In this document: piece by piece, positions 1 through 14,526 of the stretch
Layout of the letters: every line of letters starts with the position of its first letter
Numbering within the stretch: position 1 is the first letter of the stretch
Translations under genes and position numbers: made by a program
Assembly (NCBI GenBank): GCA_012295275.1
Contig: CM022673.1
Span: forward strand, 18,414,001-18,478,000
Reading direction: 5' to 3'
DNA length: 64,000 nt
From: Chrysomallon squamiferum
Lineage: Eukaryota; Animalia; Mollusca
The notes under the pieces: generated by a model
What the model was told of the DNA's origin: nothing
Database searches by the model: none
Seen by the model: only the letters and a program-made list of their open reading frames with translations

Positions 1-887
1 GAAAGTCGTGACTTCACAGAGATTACACGTCATGACATTCATGTAGTGTTGAAACAGTAACTGAGCCATGTGTATTTCGTATCTAACACAGACAGGCTGC
101 ACCCACGGCACGTTTCGGGTTTTAGGGTACCTTAGAGGTTCCATTAATTGTGTCACGCTCACCTCAAACAGAATCTTTATTCGCTCACATGCCGATAAAA
201 ATTTCCGACTTAAGAATTAACATAACTTGAAAAGAATTCTTGTTTTTTTTTGTTTTGTATTTTTTTCTATTTTTAATTTATTTTTTACTAATATTTATTT
301 ATTTATTTTTTATTTTTTATTATTTTATTTTATTTTATTTTGTTTTTTAAATTTTGGAGATATTGTATATAGTGGAGGCAGGGCGCTAGGAACAATAGGT
401 CTCTGGATCGGCTCCCACTGGCAGATTTTGTCTTTCAAGTGAACACAGAGTAAAAAATGATTTTCTCAGTTCTTATGTATAAATAATTCACTGACCTTGA
501 TCTAAATTTTAATAAATCTACCAAACATTACAAACTGTAATTAAAAATAATAATAGAACTAGAAACGTGCTCGTAATAAATAATATTTTTAACACGTAAA
601 GCAGACAGTCTCCAGTGTTCGGCCATATCGATTGTTAGCTGAGGAAACTGCAAACACAGTCCCAGGTCAAGTCTGCTACAATATCGATTTTTTGTCAAAC
701 CAAAATATTTTTTAATTCTTTCTTTGAACTGAAGATATGAATTCAGAAAACTGACTACTGAAACGATTTGAGGAACATTAAGTTGCTAAACAATATTTTT
801 CTTGTTATATGTTGTCAAAAATAACAGTAAGAATATATTATTATTTTTTTAAATCTATCAGGATGTTGTTGTTGTTCTTCTTCTTCA

Positions 888-930
<43 letters not shown>

Positions 931-1335
931 TAATATGTATGTGTGTGTGTGTGTGTGTAAAACGTAAAACAATATCAATATAAAACTTATTTCTGAGAAG
1001 CTTAGAATAATTAATAAATAAATACACATCAAATAAAACAACGACAACACTGCTATTCTTGTTATTTTCCATAGTGTTTAAAAAGAAGAAGGGAAAACAA
1101 AATAAAGAACAGAAAAAGTATACCTATAGTGGAACGTTAAACACTATCTGTGGTGATGCTATTACAGTTTTCGACTAAATATATTTTGTATGTTTCTGCT
1201 GAAGGTTTTGTTTCTTGTTTAAGGAAAAGTCTGTAATACATACACTAAATTTTACATCTATAACAATAAATATTAATTTTCTGTACTTCCGCAACTGTTC
1301 AAGGTCATACTGTATTAGTTACACAAAAGCTGCAT

Positions 1336-1379
<44 letters not shown>

Positions 1380-1510
1380 AAAGTTAGAACACGTGAATGG
1401 TGGAAATAAACACTGGCAGACGAAAACCAGGTTGCCAGGATGTTCAGTAACTTGAGAGATAAAGTCAAACTACTTTTAGATTGAGACGCATGCGTTTATT
1501 GTTGCTGGTG

Positions 1511-1520
1511 TTAAAATTCT

Positions 1521-1586
<66 letters not shown>

Positions 1587-1652
1587 ACATTATTAGTAGC
1601 AGGAGGATATAGCAGCAGTAATAACAGTGACTGTACTAACACCAGCAGCATT
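1511..1652. repeat. (CT)n microsatellite plus ~70-bp conserved flank; dispersed repeat, inverted copy at ~35263-35420
   Basis: cgttaacattattagtagcaggaggatatagcagcagtaataacagtgactgtactaacaccagcagcat matches the reverse complement of atgctgctggtgttagtacaaccactgttattactgctgctatatcctccttctactaataatgttaacg at ~35263-35332 with few mismatches. Both abut a GA/CT tract. Confidence 0.8.
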
Positions 1653-3779
1653 GTAATTAAAGAATATGAATAATGAATTAGCCAAATCTTAATATTTGCT
1701 TGAAGCATATTGCTGGATGGAGATATTATTTAATTATCTATCCATCTGTCTGTCTATTGTTATATTTTCAAAGTATATATATTCATTTATTTTTTATTCT
1801 TATTTTAGTTTTAAAAGTCAGGGGTATGTGTGTATGTGTGTGTTTGTGTGCGTGTGTGGGTGCGCAAGCGTATATAAAAGGATTTTTATTTCCAATCAAA
1901 ATATTATGTTTCCTTCTTATTTTACATTTTACAAATAAACAAATTTAATCAGTTTTGTTTTATTTTACTCCCTAAATTAATAATTATATAATACTTAATA
2001 TCAAAAATCACTAAAATAAATGTATAAACGTATTTCATGTTCACAATGTTCTTCTTCTTTTCTTATTATTATTGTTATTGTTGTTATTATTATTATTATT
2101 TTACAAACAAAAAATTAGTACATTTTTACGCATTAAAAGAAACGATTTCAGTATGAATAAATCAAGAAAAATGAATCTCAGAAAATAATTAAAATGAAAA
2201 TAATAATAAATGTTCTTATCTCGCAAAATTTTCAGCTGCCAACCTAATTTCTTTACGAAATGTGGCACCTACCTTAATTCCATCCTCATGAAGACAATCC
2301 TTTTCTAGAAGAATATCAGGCATTTTTAAATGAACTCGGAAAACAGTAGCAGCAGACGTCCTCAATCACGCAGTCCGTGAAAATTTTCCTTTTAGAATTT
2401 GCGTATTAATATATAACAAGCAGAAAGTTCACACGTCACAACCAAATTCGACAAACACTGATTCTTTTTTTACGTTTTCGGTTGGTTTGGCCTTTCTCCC
2501 CGCATTAATGGATTCTTTTTGTTTTCGTTGTTTCTTTTTCTTCTTCTTTTTTTTTTTTTTTTTTAATTTGTTTTAAATATGCCTCTTTCCTTTTAATTTT
2601 ATTTTGAAGGGTTATTTTTATTTAATTTCTTTCTTTCAAATATTTATTTCTTTATAATAATTATATGACGCTGTTTAGCTGCTGCTGTATAATCATGATT
2701 ACATTATGATTATGTACATTTCAGTGGCTAAAGTGGCTTTTCATCCTACACTTTTTCTGAGTAGTATTTGTATTATTTCTGCAACATAAATATCTTCCAT
2801 CCCTTTGTTTATTGAATATTGATTTAGTTTATTATATAGCATTAAAAAGCTGGGTTTAATTTAATAGACAAATAAAAACAGTAGATGAAGGTAACGGAAT
2901 TTTTTCCTGACCTTTCGTAGCACAGAAGGATCAGCCAAGCGATAAACATTCGGTAGCCATTTTTGCCAGGGTGCTTGCTTCTAGAACTTACTGTGTACTA
3001 CAGTTTCTCTACTACGCATGTATGTAATTTAATAAGATGCACAGAAAAGAAATATTTGATTTTTCTACAACAAATATCCGGCAAATACGGTAATCTAGCA
3101 GATTATAACATTTTTAAAATCGTTATTTGGCGTTTCTGCCAAAAATGAATTATATAAAATGAAATTTGGACGTGAATACAGTCTACTACCAGACTGGAGA
3201 TAGAGCGCACTGAACGATAGCGGAAAGATCACCGTAAAATGTCAGACTGTAATCTAGGCCGCTCTGTTTATGAAAAATCCATTACATTATGATTATGTAC
3301 ATTTTATTTATTTATTTATTTATTTATTTATTCAAGTCTTTCTTTCTTTCTTTTCAAATAACAATAATAAAAATTTCACTTAATACATTAATGTAGTGTG
3401 CGGAATGCAGTGTATAAAATCCAAGTCATATACCCAGCCTCTCGATCCCACCTGAAAGCTCTTCACAGAAACTTCGGGAACAACTGATTTATATCATAAG
3501 AAAAAAAAAAAATGTGTCGTTCTAGAATAAATGAGGCCAGGTTGTGACTTTGTAAACATGGTCAATATTTGTTAATACCAGATTTGGCTTATGTCCAGCT
3601 GGTGTCATATGATATTATAAATCAGTTATATCCACCCAGCAGTATTGATCCTATGACATATCGTGATTTTATCACTGAACACAGGTGTATCATCTTCGTT
3701 TTAAAATGTTCTATTTGTAATTTATATTCTTAAATACTTTATCATTATTGAGTATCTAGACCTACACGTTTACCTGAAC

Positions 3780-4235
3780 GTAAGTTCTAAGTAATATGTC
3801 AATAATATATACTAAGTTGTAGGATTCTGCGTAGTAAGTTATATGAATCTACGTAATAAGTTATATAAATCATCTGTGTAAAATATATGAATGAATGCAG
3901 TAAATTAAATATATTAATGTTGTAAATTATATAAATTAATGTAATAAATTACACGTATCTGTGTAGTTTATACGAATCAATGTAGTAAGTTATTAGAATC
4001 TACGCATTAAGTTGTATAAATTAATCTATAAAGTAGAAAGTAATATAAATCAATGTAATAAATGATATGAATAAATGTAGTAATTTATATTAATAAACGT
4101 ACTAATTCATATGAATGAGCATAATAAATATAAATCAGTGTAGTAGGTTATGTGAATCAATCTATTAAATTGTATTAATCTATGTATAAAGTATATAAAT
4201 GAGCAGAATGAGCTGTCTGAATTAATATAGATAAA
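3780..4235. repeat. degenerate AT-rich minisatellite, ~22-bp unit (gtagtaagttatatgaatcta-like)
   Basis: Recurring gtaataagttatataaatc / gtagtaagttattagaatcta / gtagtaggttatgtgaatcaa variants. Confidence 0.6.
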
Positions 4236-5093
4236 TATCCACATTACCAGAAAGTACTACATACCTATACATATTCTGCCTGCATTTATTTTTTTTTAAT
4301 TTTAATTCTTTTCGTTTTCTTATTCTAAAACATTCACTACATTGTCTGTACGTGATGTGTGTATATTTGTGCATGTTTGTTAGTTTTCACACGTGTGATC
4401 AGTACAAGACGACCAGTGTTGTATGTACTTATCTTATCTTCTTAATTCAGTTTCTGTCACGCTGTGATGAAATGCTTTAAACACAGATAATCAGTTAAGT
4501 ATTATTTTATTACATGTAATGTGATAACGTGCTTTTAATATTCATTTAAACAAATGTTGTTATTTGTATGTTAAATACATCTACATAACAAGTGCAAGTA
4601 AACTAAATTAGTGCTTTATTAGTTCACAAATCGGATGACTGATGCATATACAGTGAACTGATATATAAACGATGTACTTTTTGATCGTGATGATGGTTTC
4701 TTTATGATTTATTCATACAAAGAGCCTAGGCACTGAATAAAATTCAAACATGTTTATTAGAAATAATACGTTGCTTCATTCAAATATATTCTGTCGTATG
4801 TCGTTTCAGTGTATTATTACCGTCCTTCTTGTTGAGGTACTTTTGTTGTTATTTTATTATTATTATCACCATTATCATTATCATCATCATCATCATTATT
4901 ATTATTATTATGATTATTATGATTATTATTATTTCAGCTGATAGATGTTTCATCTAAGTCAGAGATGCTGATGGAAACTATTCATACAGGAGAGTACGAA
5001 AAAACACGCTGCACCATAGCATCGTTTATTTAATCTAATCATTTAAAGATGAAAATAAGAATAGCATCTAGTGTCTGAATAATCTTGTTACGT

Positions 5094-5315
5094 TTCTTCC
5101 ATTGATGCCAGTCGAGTTACGTGTTCCAGTCTGTATTTTTCCAGCCGAGTACCAGCGAACTCGAAAATGGCAAAGATTGAGCCAAGCAGACCTATCTCTG
5201 TCGAAGAATCAGCGATATCCGCCAGGGATGCTAGGGCTGGGAACTTCCGGTCATCCGCTATCCACTTTATACCAGATTATAGAAATGAATTTTTCTTTAT
5301 TGTCCTTAGCCAGTT
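5094..5315 (-). pseudogene. decayed fragment of exon 1 of a third Gfo/Idh/MocA paralog
   Basis: Minus strand gives KIHFYNL..GIKWIADDRKF..[~100-bp insert]..KYRLEHVTRLASMEE, versus KVHLYNLTRGFRVEIKWIVDDQKF..KYRLEHLTRLVSVEE in the intact copy at 10652-10881. 5094-5140 is about 87% identical to the intact exon 1. It has indels and no intact start. Confidence 0.8.
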
Positions 5316-5878
5316 GTGGCATCTAGTACTTTTACATCTGGTAATCGAAATGGGGTAAAGAGAAAAGAAAGTACTTAGCTGATTAGTGTTATTACATGCA
5401 ACTAATTTAAAAAAACAGTAATAAAAAAAACATGTGTTCACTTCCACCTGAAACAGTCAAAGTTATTCACTTGATATTATAAGCCGGAACCTGCGCCCTG
5501 TTGTCACCCTAGCAGCAAGGTATGACGGTTATTCATGTGACTTTACAAAATCGCTATGTTCTGCCATGTTGGCGATATCAATCATTGTTACTATTATAGC
5601 AACAAGATATAGGGGTTATTAAAATGACTTCACAAATCGATATGTTTCGCCATATCGGCGAAAGCAAATATCATGTATTTATTCACAAACACACACATAC
5701 ATTTTTTGTATGTTCACAAATTACAGTGAATATTTTAATAATTCTGTCCAGTAATTTTGTTTAAATATAAGTAAATTATTTGTAATATTGTCTCACTTAT
5801 AAGTTAAATGGGGACATATCTTTAAATCAATACATATTTATTATTCTAAACTCCTTTTTCTTCCTGTCAAACTATCAT

Positions 5879-5913
<35 letters not shown>

Positions 5914-6310
5914 CCTGGAATACATGTAAATACTGTTAAATGGAAAACACGTCAAGAACAGAAGAAGTTTAATAACAAATAGATACATATATGTTTCTAC
6001 TTGAAAACATTGACAAAAGTTTATGTATAGGATTTAATTTTGTTACTATAGTGGAGTCGATGATAAATGAAACTGATATCCAGAAGAAATGTTTAAAAAT
6101 AAAAAAGAGTGTAAAATCACGTTATTTGTGCACTGGATGCTTACTTCACACCCCAGCCCAGTCTTCACTACCGCTGTCCCAGTCAGATTAGGATGATTTC
6201 TCTGTGACACTCTCCAGATTTTTCATAGTTCAGTGTTACAGAAGTGATGACAGTGTATTTACCTGCGATGAAAGGTCGTTATAAATCTGTCAGTGATGAA
6301 CTTTGTTTCA

Positions 6311-6381
<71 letters not shown>

Positions 6382-7107
6382 TATTAGTATGTCTATATTT
6401 CAAAAAGCTTACTTAGAAGGATTTGTGTAAATAATTGAAAAGAGTTCAATAAAAAAAAAACACGAAGAAACCGTTTGGTTTGATATTAAAATTTATTGAA
6501 AACAGATTAACCATGAAATTGTTATTTTGCATTTTAAAAATATTATTTATGTCAAAGGAAGAGTTTTTCTTTATTATTTTTTGTAAATCTTTCATTAAAC
6601 TATTAATAAATCCATTACGTAAATACATATAAGCAACGAAAATCGTTTATAGCGATATAATAATAGATGGAGAACAAAACAGTAAAATGGACTAGCATAT
6701 GTCCATGATAAATATTATTTTAACACTAAACACTTAATTTAAATATTCTTATAATTTATATTTGTCGCACACGTATAACAGAATACATCTTTTTAAATAT
6801 TCATACAACTCTGCGAGATCGGGAAAGCAATGAAGTCAATTTGGTTTTTGAAAATCTGAGTCGCCAGTAAAGGTTTCAGATTCTGCTGAATTAGGATAGT
6901 CGTTAAAAAAGACTGATAAAACAGAGATCAATGTGAAAGATGACATTACATGTTTCTTTCACAATTAATTATGACATTTTCAAACTATCTGACGCACATT
7001 ACTCTTATACAGTTTGTTTATGTTGTAAAGTTAATGCACAAATGTTTACTAAATTATCTCTATCTGGGCGCCAATTCCACAGATATTTTAACTGTGCCTT
7101 CAACTCA

Positions 7108-7427
7108 TTAATCAGTGAACTCGTTTCCACTTTGAGGAGACACTTTTACAACTTGTCCTGTCCTGTACGATTCTACACACAAATCAGCTAAGTAGGTCGC
7201 CAGCACACATTCGTGCGACTTAACCAGGCATTCTTTCTTACCTGCAAAATAATAAACAGTTATTTACTATTGTATGTATTAAATATATTCCTGGGATTAG
7301 TACGACAGCAGTTATTTATTATTATTAATAACAGTAAAAGTAGTATTAGTAGTAATCACGTTGTAGCAGTAGTAGTAGTATGAAGAAGAAGAAGAAGAAG
7401 AAGAAGAAGAAGAACACAACAACAGCA

Positions 7428-7477
<50 letters not shown>

Positions 7478-8464
7478 AACCTTGAACTACATCAAGAAAT
7501 TCGTTTTCTTCAATCTCGTAGGATTTGTTAAATCTGACGAAACAATCTGGGCAGCCATCTTGTTTAACGCCATTCAGTAAAATTTCTTTACTGGCAGTGT
7601 TTGGTGAGTTCTCACATACAGCTAATGTTTTTGATCCGTACACCTATAAGAAGAGACAAAACAAATATGCATTTAATAATACAGTGGTACCTCGACTTAC
7701 GAGTGCACCAACTTACGAGTTTTTCGAGTTATGAGCGAGCTTCAGATACGCTGCCGCTAGTTGGCGCAACGAACAACATAACATCCGGTCATCATCCCGC
7801 GTGTTACTTTTGGTTAACTCGCCGCGGAAGCATCTCTGTTGTGTTGTGCTCGAGTTTTGTGCAAATACAAAAATGGCGTGGTTTTTGAGGGGCTGTAAGG
7901 GATTAATGATATTTCAGTTCATTTCAGCTGGAAAAATTGATTTGATATACGAACAAATTGAGTTACGAGCTCGGTCACAGAACGAATTAAACTCGTAAGT
8001 CAAGGTACAACTCCATTTATAATATTTTTATTATTTATGTATGCTTATGTACTTTATGTGATGTTTATTTTTTTGTGTGTGAATTTGTAATAGTTTAGGC
8101 TGTGATTATGTGCAATATATATTTTTCTCTCTCTTTCAGTATTAAATTAAATATAAACCTCAAGCCGCTGGTCTGTTCCATATGTAGCTTCTCGAGATGT
8201 CTCGATAAATGCAACGGCTCCACTGGGGAAAGTTAAAACAGTCGAGGACAAATCTACATCATCACAATCTCGATAGTCATCAGCCTTCGCTGAAGTCGCG
8301 TTTCCTGTGGCATACACCGTTAGAGGGCGCTCTCCCATGAAGTAACATACGTAGTCCAACTGATGAATACAGGAGTCATGAAATATTCCACCTAATTAAA
8401 TAAATCGTTATTGAAACAAAGGACAAAAAGAAATATATTTCTGATACAGACATAACGTATACTC

Positions 8465-8513
<49 letters not shown>

Positions 8514-10451
8514 TAAACATAGAAGCAAGTGTTTATTGCAGACATTCGTGTGAAATGTATCTCTCGTTACTATTTGTAAACGATTCATATTTCACGATTG
8601 AAACGTCATATATCAATAAAATAGTTCAAATCCAAACGCTTCGGTAATGTTTGCATAATGTATTGCTGATATAACCTTAAACAACATTGCTTTCGGTGAT
8701 AAATCAACGCTTGGTCGACGAAAACCGATTCTGAAAAGTCGAATGAGTACCGTGGCACGATTACCTGAATGAAGTTTAGTCCGCAAAATTTATCAAACAT
8801 TGCGATCTACAAGAAACTTGACCAACATGATTAAGACAAGTAAACAAAAATATAATAATAAAAAGTAAAAGTAAAAAAAAATTAAAAAAAGAAAAAGAAG
8901 AAGAAAAGAAAAGAAAATGAAAGTACGCTAACTAGCTTCGCGGAAAACGCTTCAGATATCAATAATGTCTGACATCACATAAATCAGTAATTCCCTATTG
9001 CAAAAATCAGCTGGGTGTGCATGTTTTTGACAGCTAAGAAGAAAACTTGATAGATCGATAGACCCATCAGTAAGTTCTTAAGTCATATAAATCGTAGGAG
9101 AAACTTCACAAATTAAGGATCCATTTATCGTGTTAGGCAGTCTCAGAGCTCACAACATCTACAATAACGATATTTTTTTTTCTCACTTACTTTTGCACTG
9201 TTTTATTATATTTTTAATTCAAATAACAATTAATACATAAAATAACATTATTGAAAATGCGCTTTAAAAACAGATTTTCTTTAATTTAACGCAAGTAACG
9301 TACCTGATGTCTTAATGTAACTGACAGACACGGGTGGGTCCCTTGATATCATGATGAGTTGCCGAACGTTGCCAATGTCGCCATCTTGTTTCTTTTTGTA
9401 AATTATATCGAAATCTGGATCGAATCGCCTGGAAATGAATAGTTATATTTAATATAATTCTTAAGTTTTGTCAATGACTATCAAAGATTATTGGAAACAT
9501 AAAAGTAAGTAAGTGATAAAAAAAAATGATCTAAAAAAATACGACTCCACGGCTAAGTAGGGATTTGATAGATGATTTACTTATACCCTTCGTTAAAAGC
9601 AGAAACAAAACAAATAAAAAAAATAAAAGTGCGAAGAGGAACATTTCTATATAAGATTATCATAAAGACTACAGTAAAATCTACTATTTTCAAGCGTATA
9701 TATTTTGTATATATTACTTGTTAAAAGCACAGAACAAAATTCGATTTTTCTCTTTAGCCAGATCATAACAAGACTGGATTGTCGCCATGGTCAGAGTGAC
9801 TGGTTTCTCACAAAACACATGTTTCCCTAAAAATAAAACACAGAACATCTCTTATTCATTTTAATTGTCTAAAATGTAAAACTAAGATGATGGTTGTAGT
9901 AATGCTTATGCTGATGATGGCGATAACGATTTTGACAGTGATGATAGTAATAATGATGTTGATGGTGATGATGGTGATAATGGTGTTGATGATAATTATA
10001 CTGATGATGGGGATAATGCTGATTGTGAAGATCATGACGATGATTAGTATAACGACATTGTTACATACTGTTGTGAGTTTAAAGGGAAAAGAAAGCATTA
10101 TATAAGCTTCATTACTTGTTACATCAATTACACATTTGCAAGCTGTTTATTTATTTTCTTTTAAGTTAATCGGGCGGTAAAGAAAGAAGAAAACAAAGGA
10201 CGACGACGAAGAAATATCTACAAATGAGTTTTATAATCCAAATATTCAGTACAGTTATAGGCTTAGAGACAAACAAACATAGGAAGAGAAAAATGGATCA
10301 TTTATATTTACCGTTGACTAAAGATTTCTTTACGATTTCTTCGTGGAATGACGTAGGTGTACATACAAACACAGCCTCGACACTGAATGTAATGTAAATA
10401 AAATATATCTTTAAATATCTCTTCATTCAAGTTTATTATAGGTGTCACTAG

Positions 10452-10511
<60 letters not shown>

Positions 10512-10881
10512 GAATTTTGTTAAGTTTAGAATTTCTTTTAAATATTCTTATTTACCAGATATTAAAGATTTATGTGATTAACTCTCTGATTGTAACAACT
10601 CTACAATATAACTGAATGTGACATTTAAAATTACAAAGTTATAATCACAACCTTTTGTCTGAAAACACCGTGTCCGCTTCTTCCACCGATACCAGTCGGG
10701 TTAAGTGTTCCAGTCTGTATTTCTTTAACAACGCTCGAATGTCTGGATGGAACTTTTGGTCATCAACTATCCACTTTATCTCAACACGAAAACCTCGTGT
10801 AAGATTATATAAGTGAACTTTTCCAATTCTTCCCAAACCAAATATTGCGATTTTAACAGACGTGTCTTGTTCCGTAGCCAT
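7108..10881 (-). CDS. Gfo/Idh/MocA-family NAD(P)-dependent oxidoreductase, myo-inositol 2-dehydrogenase-like, copy A (7 exons, 354 aa)
   Basis: Exons 10881-10652, 10382-10312, 9826-9718, 9428-9304, 8391-8159, 7643-7481, 7241-7108; all GT-AG, phases consistent, 1065 nt. Motifs: IAIFGLGRIG (Rossmann), VCTPTSFH, HVFCEKP, FNKRFDP, GGIFHDSCIHQLD (DxxxHxxD), YGTDQRLE. Confidence 0.92.
7682..8013. mobile_element. Tigger/pogo-like (Tc1/mariner superfamily) MITE in intron 5 of copy A
   Basis: Left end TA|CAGTGGTACCTCGACTTACGAG. Right end CTCGTAAGTCAAGGTACAACTC matches its reverse complement at 19/22. Internal subterminal TTACGAG repeats. Non-coding, ~330 bp. Confidence 0.8.
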
Positions 10882-12466
10882 CTTTAAAATTATAAACAAA
10901 TGCAGGGAAAAAACTTTTTAAAATTATATACTGATTTGTCTACAATGAAATAAGATATAAAGTAGCATGCTACTTCATCAGAATCTTTTATATGTTTTGT
11001 TATTTTCAGTGTCAAAAAGTTCTACATTGTCCTGCAAGACAAGCGGAACCGACATGACAAACCTGGTCACATCACACTTGAGTGATAATGTTCAAACGTA
11101 CTTATCGCCGGTAGTCTGTTAAGTATGCATTCGACTAATCATCGAAAGTTAAGAATTATTTTTCCAGTCTTTTCAGATGTAGGAATTGTCATATATTTTT
11201 AATAGGACGGCCACAGACATTCACTTCATATCCTGTGTGTCGCAGACATTTTAAAAATGATTGTTTTCTGTGTGTGGTGTTTGTAACATGTAGAAGAGAT
11301 ATTATGTGTTTAGTGAAAACAGTGGTTACTACTGAATGCTACAGGAATGTATTTTGGTGAAAATGAAAGTATATGGCATACTTGTTGTCTCAAATTGATA
11401 AAACTGCACCTCTAACTTGGAAATATATACCAAGTACTTTACCGTCTGTAAGTCTTGTCTACCTAGTAACAATAACTCGGAAGTAAAATATAAAAAACAC
11501 ATGACCTCTGGATACTGGAAACAATAAGAATACAAACAATAAATAAATAATTAAATAAAGAGTAATAATAATAATTAAAAAAACAACACAAAATGAAAAA
11601 TAAGTAAGTGCAAAACAGACAGAAGGATTAATGAATGTCTTCTGTATGCTTAACAAAGCACATGTGTTCTAAAAGCTAAGTCCCAAGTTGTCTCGCGAGT
11701 TGTTTTATCAGATACTCTTTATGCAGGTCGTCTATACCCAAACCAGAAACCGTTACAACCTTTGACTGCTTATCCACAGTAAGTGCGGTGTACATAGTTA
11801 ACTATACATTTTATTTTACATCATAGTCGGTATAGATTACATGAACCGTTATAGCACATGCCAATTTATACCTCAGTAACACACTTAATACTCAAACAGC
11901 ATGGATACCGTCTACTAAATTTTACATTATTGTATATATATATATATCATTTCAAAAATTGTTACAAAAAGAAAAGTTACTCACCAGGACAATGATTATG
12001 TTTTCGCTGAGACTTTATGTGTTTATTTTGGTTTTGCTAACTTAGATATAGCATCAAATGGCTGTAACAGATATAAAATAAGTATGTAACTGTTACTTGT
12101 TACTGCGATGACTCAACAATAAACCAGTTATGACTAAATCAAACCAACATTTGTTAGTTCTCTCTTCACTCGACTGCACTAAGTCGTCTTCAAACAGGAC
12201 AAAGAGCAGCTAACGTCAAACATCTGCAACTTTGACAGAACAGACGTGTCAAATATAATGTTTTAGAAATAACGTCATACGTCTATCTACTAAGTTTACA
12301 AATTGATTTATTCCCATACTACCATTAACGAATATATTTTTATCAACTATAAATATTTCACATTTTATTTTATTTTCGATCTTTCACAGTTTTATCTCTT
12401 TCAACATCACTTTTAAAATATTTATCTTATTTGTCATTCACCCTGTCTCATCGGTAGACATGCGAG

Positions 12467-12640
<174 letters not shown>

Positions 12641-12972
12641 GTTTTACGTTTTAAGGGAGTAGGTCTTTGAATACATTACTTGAAATTCAACACCTTAAAA
12701 CTGAATTAATCACATAAGTTTTTATTTGATATTATTTTATTGACAATATACATGACAAGTAAATAACAAATATTAATATTCTTCGTGTAAAAAATACACG
12801 TTTACGTTTCATATGAATGGTTAAATAACCATATAATAGTATGGATGTAGCTATGTGTGTAGTAAATATGTATATATGTGTATATGTATCTATGCATGTA
12901 TGTATTGTGTGTGTGTGTGTGTGTGTCTGTGTGTGTGTGTGTGCGTGTGTGTACGGATGAAAGTAAATTTGC

Positions 12973-13418
12973 TTAAATTAATTTGTTTTGAGTAGACACT
13001 TTTACAACTTGTCCTGTCCTGTACGATTCTACACACAAATCTGCTAAGTAGGTCGCCAGCACACATTCGTGCGACTTAACCAGGCATTCTTTCTTACCTG
13101 CAAAATAATAAACAGTTATTTACCTGTAATGCTATTAGTATTATTTAATATGTTTATTTTGCTTTTTCACTAATCCGGGGATTAAAATAAACGTTTCATC
13201 TCTAATGACATATTTGTTTCTCTATACAATGAAACTAATTTCTTATTATCGGTTCTGTCTATCGCAGTGACGCCATTCAAGAATTTGTAAATCTAGATTA
13301 GCTTCTGTTAGCTTCTATTAATCACTGAGTTTTTGTAGCAATTAAGTTATTACAATATCAAAAAAAACAACAAAAAAAACCTTATAAAATCAACAACATC
13401 CACTCAGTTATAACTGCA

Positions 13419-13462
<44 letters not shown>

Positions 13463-14492
13463 GTAGTAGTAATAATAATAATAACCTTGAACTACATCGA
13501 GAAATTCGTTTTCTTCAATTACGTAAGATTTTTTGAATCTGTGTAAACTGTCGGGGCAGCCAGTTTGTTTAATACCATCCTGTAACACTTCTCTACTTGC
13601 AGTGTTTGGTAAGTTGTCACACATTGCTAATGTTTTTGATCCGTACACCTGGAAAAAGAGCAATGGTTTCTGTTTGTATATACTATTATCTATGTGTTTC
13701 TATATGTTCTGAGAATGGTATTATTTATGTGTATTTCTGTGTATAGTATTTTTATGTGTGTGGTATTATTTATATGTAATTCTGTGTATAGTATTATCTG
13801 TGTCTTTCTGTGTATCGTATTATTTATGTGTATTTCTGTGCATGGTATTATTTATGTGTATTTCTGTGCATGGTATTATCTATATGTATTTCTGTTTGAG
13901 TTTGTGTTTGTGTATGGTATTATTTATAGTTATTCCTGTGTATGGTTTTATTTATGTGTATGGTATTATTTGTGGATTTCTGTATATGGTATTATTTATG
14001 TGGATTTCTGCTTATGGTATTATATGTGCGTATTTCTGTGTGTGGTATTATTTATGCGTATTTCTGTGTGTGGTATTATTTATGTGTCTTTCTCTCTGTT
14101 CTTGTAACATTTTACCTCAAGTCGCTGATCAAACCCGTACGTAGCTTCTCTAGAAGTCTCGATAAAAGCAATAGCACCACTGGGGAAGGTCAGGACAATC
14201 GAAGACAAATCTACGTCATGACAGTCTTGATATTCGTCGCCTTTTAAGGAACTAGTGTTTCCTAATGCATAGACCGTTAGAGGTCGCTCTCCAGTGAAAT
14301 AACAAACATAATCCAGTTGATGAACACAATAGTCATGAAATATTCCACCTAAAAAACAAAGGAAACAAAACTTCTTATTTATTTATATTTCAGATTAGTA
14401 ACCTAAACTGTATTTATCTATCAATTTATCATCATCATCATCATTACTATTAGTAAAGTAGCAGCAGTAGTAGTGGTGGTGTTAGCAGCAGC

Positions 14493-14526
<34 letters not shown>

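Noticed and set aside
2273-2323. Possible minus-strand first coding exon MPDILLEKDCLHEDGIK|gtaggt
   Set aside because: It has a plausible ATG and donor but only 17 codons, no recognisable homology and no downstream exon identified in 1-2270, so it is unsupported.
5102-5358. + strand ORFs of 74 and 63 aa
   Set aside because: They are antisense to the decayed dehydrogenase exon and have no coding hallmarks of their own.
5508-5670. Two degenerate ~87-bp tandem units upstream of the pseudogene fragment
   Set aside because: Real but low-identity, with no structure or function assignable.
9856-10105. Ile/Met-rich ORFs on both strands; likewise the poly-ER, poly-LS, poly-N, poly-Y and poly-CV ORFs throughout
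   Set aside because: These are translations of (ATG/ATA)n, (GA)n, (AAT)n and (GT)n microsatellites.
13694-14247. Three overlapping Cys/Tyr/Val-rich + strand ORFs
   Set aside because: They are produced by a 26-bp intronic minisatellite and the antisense of exon 5.
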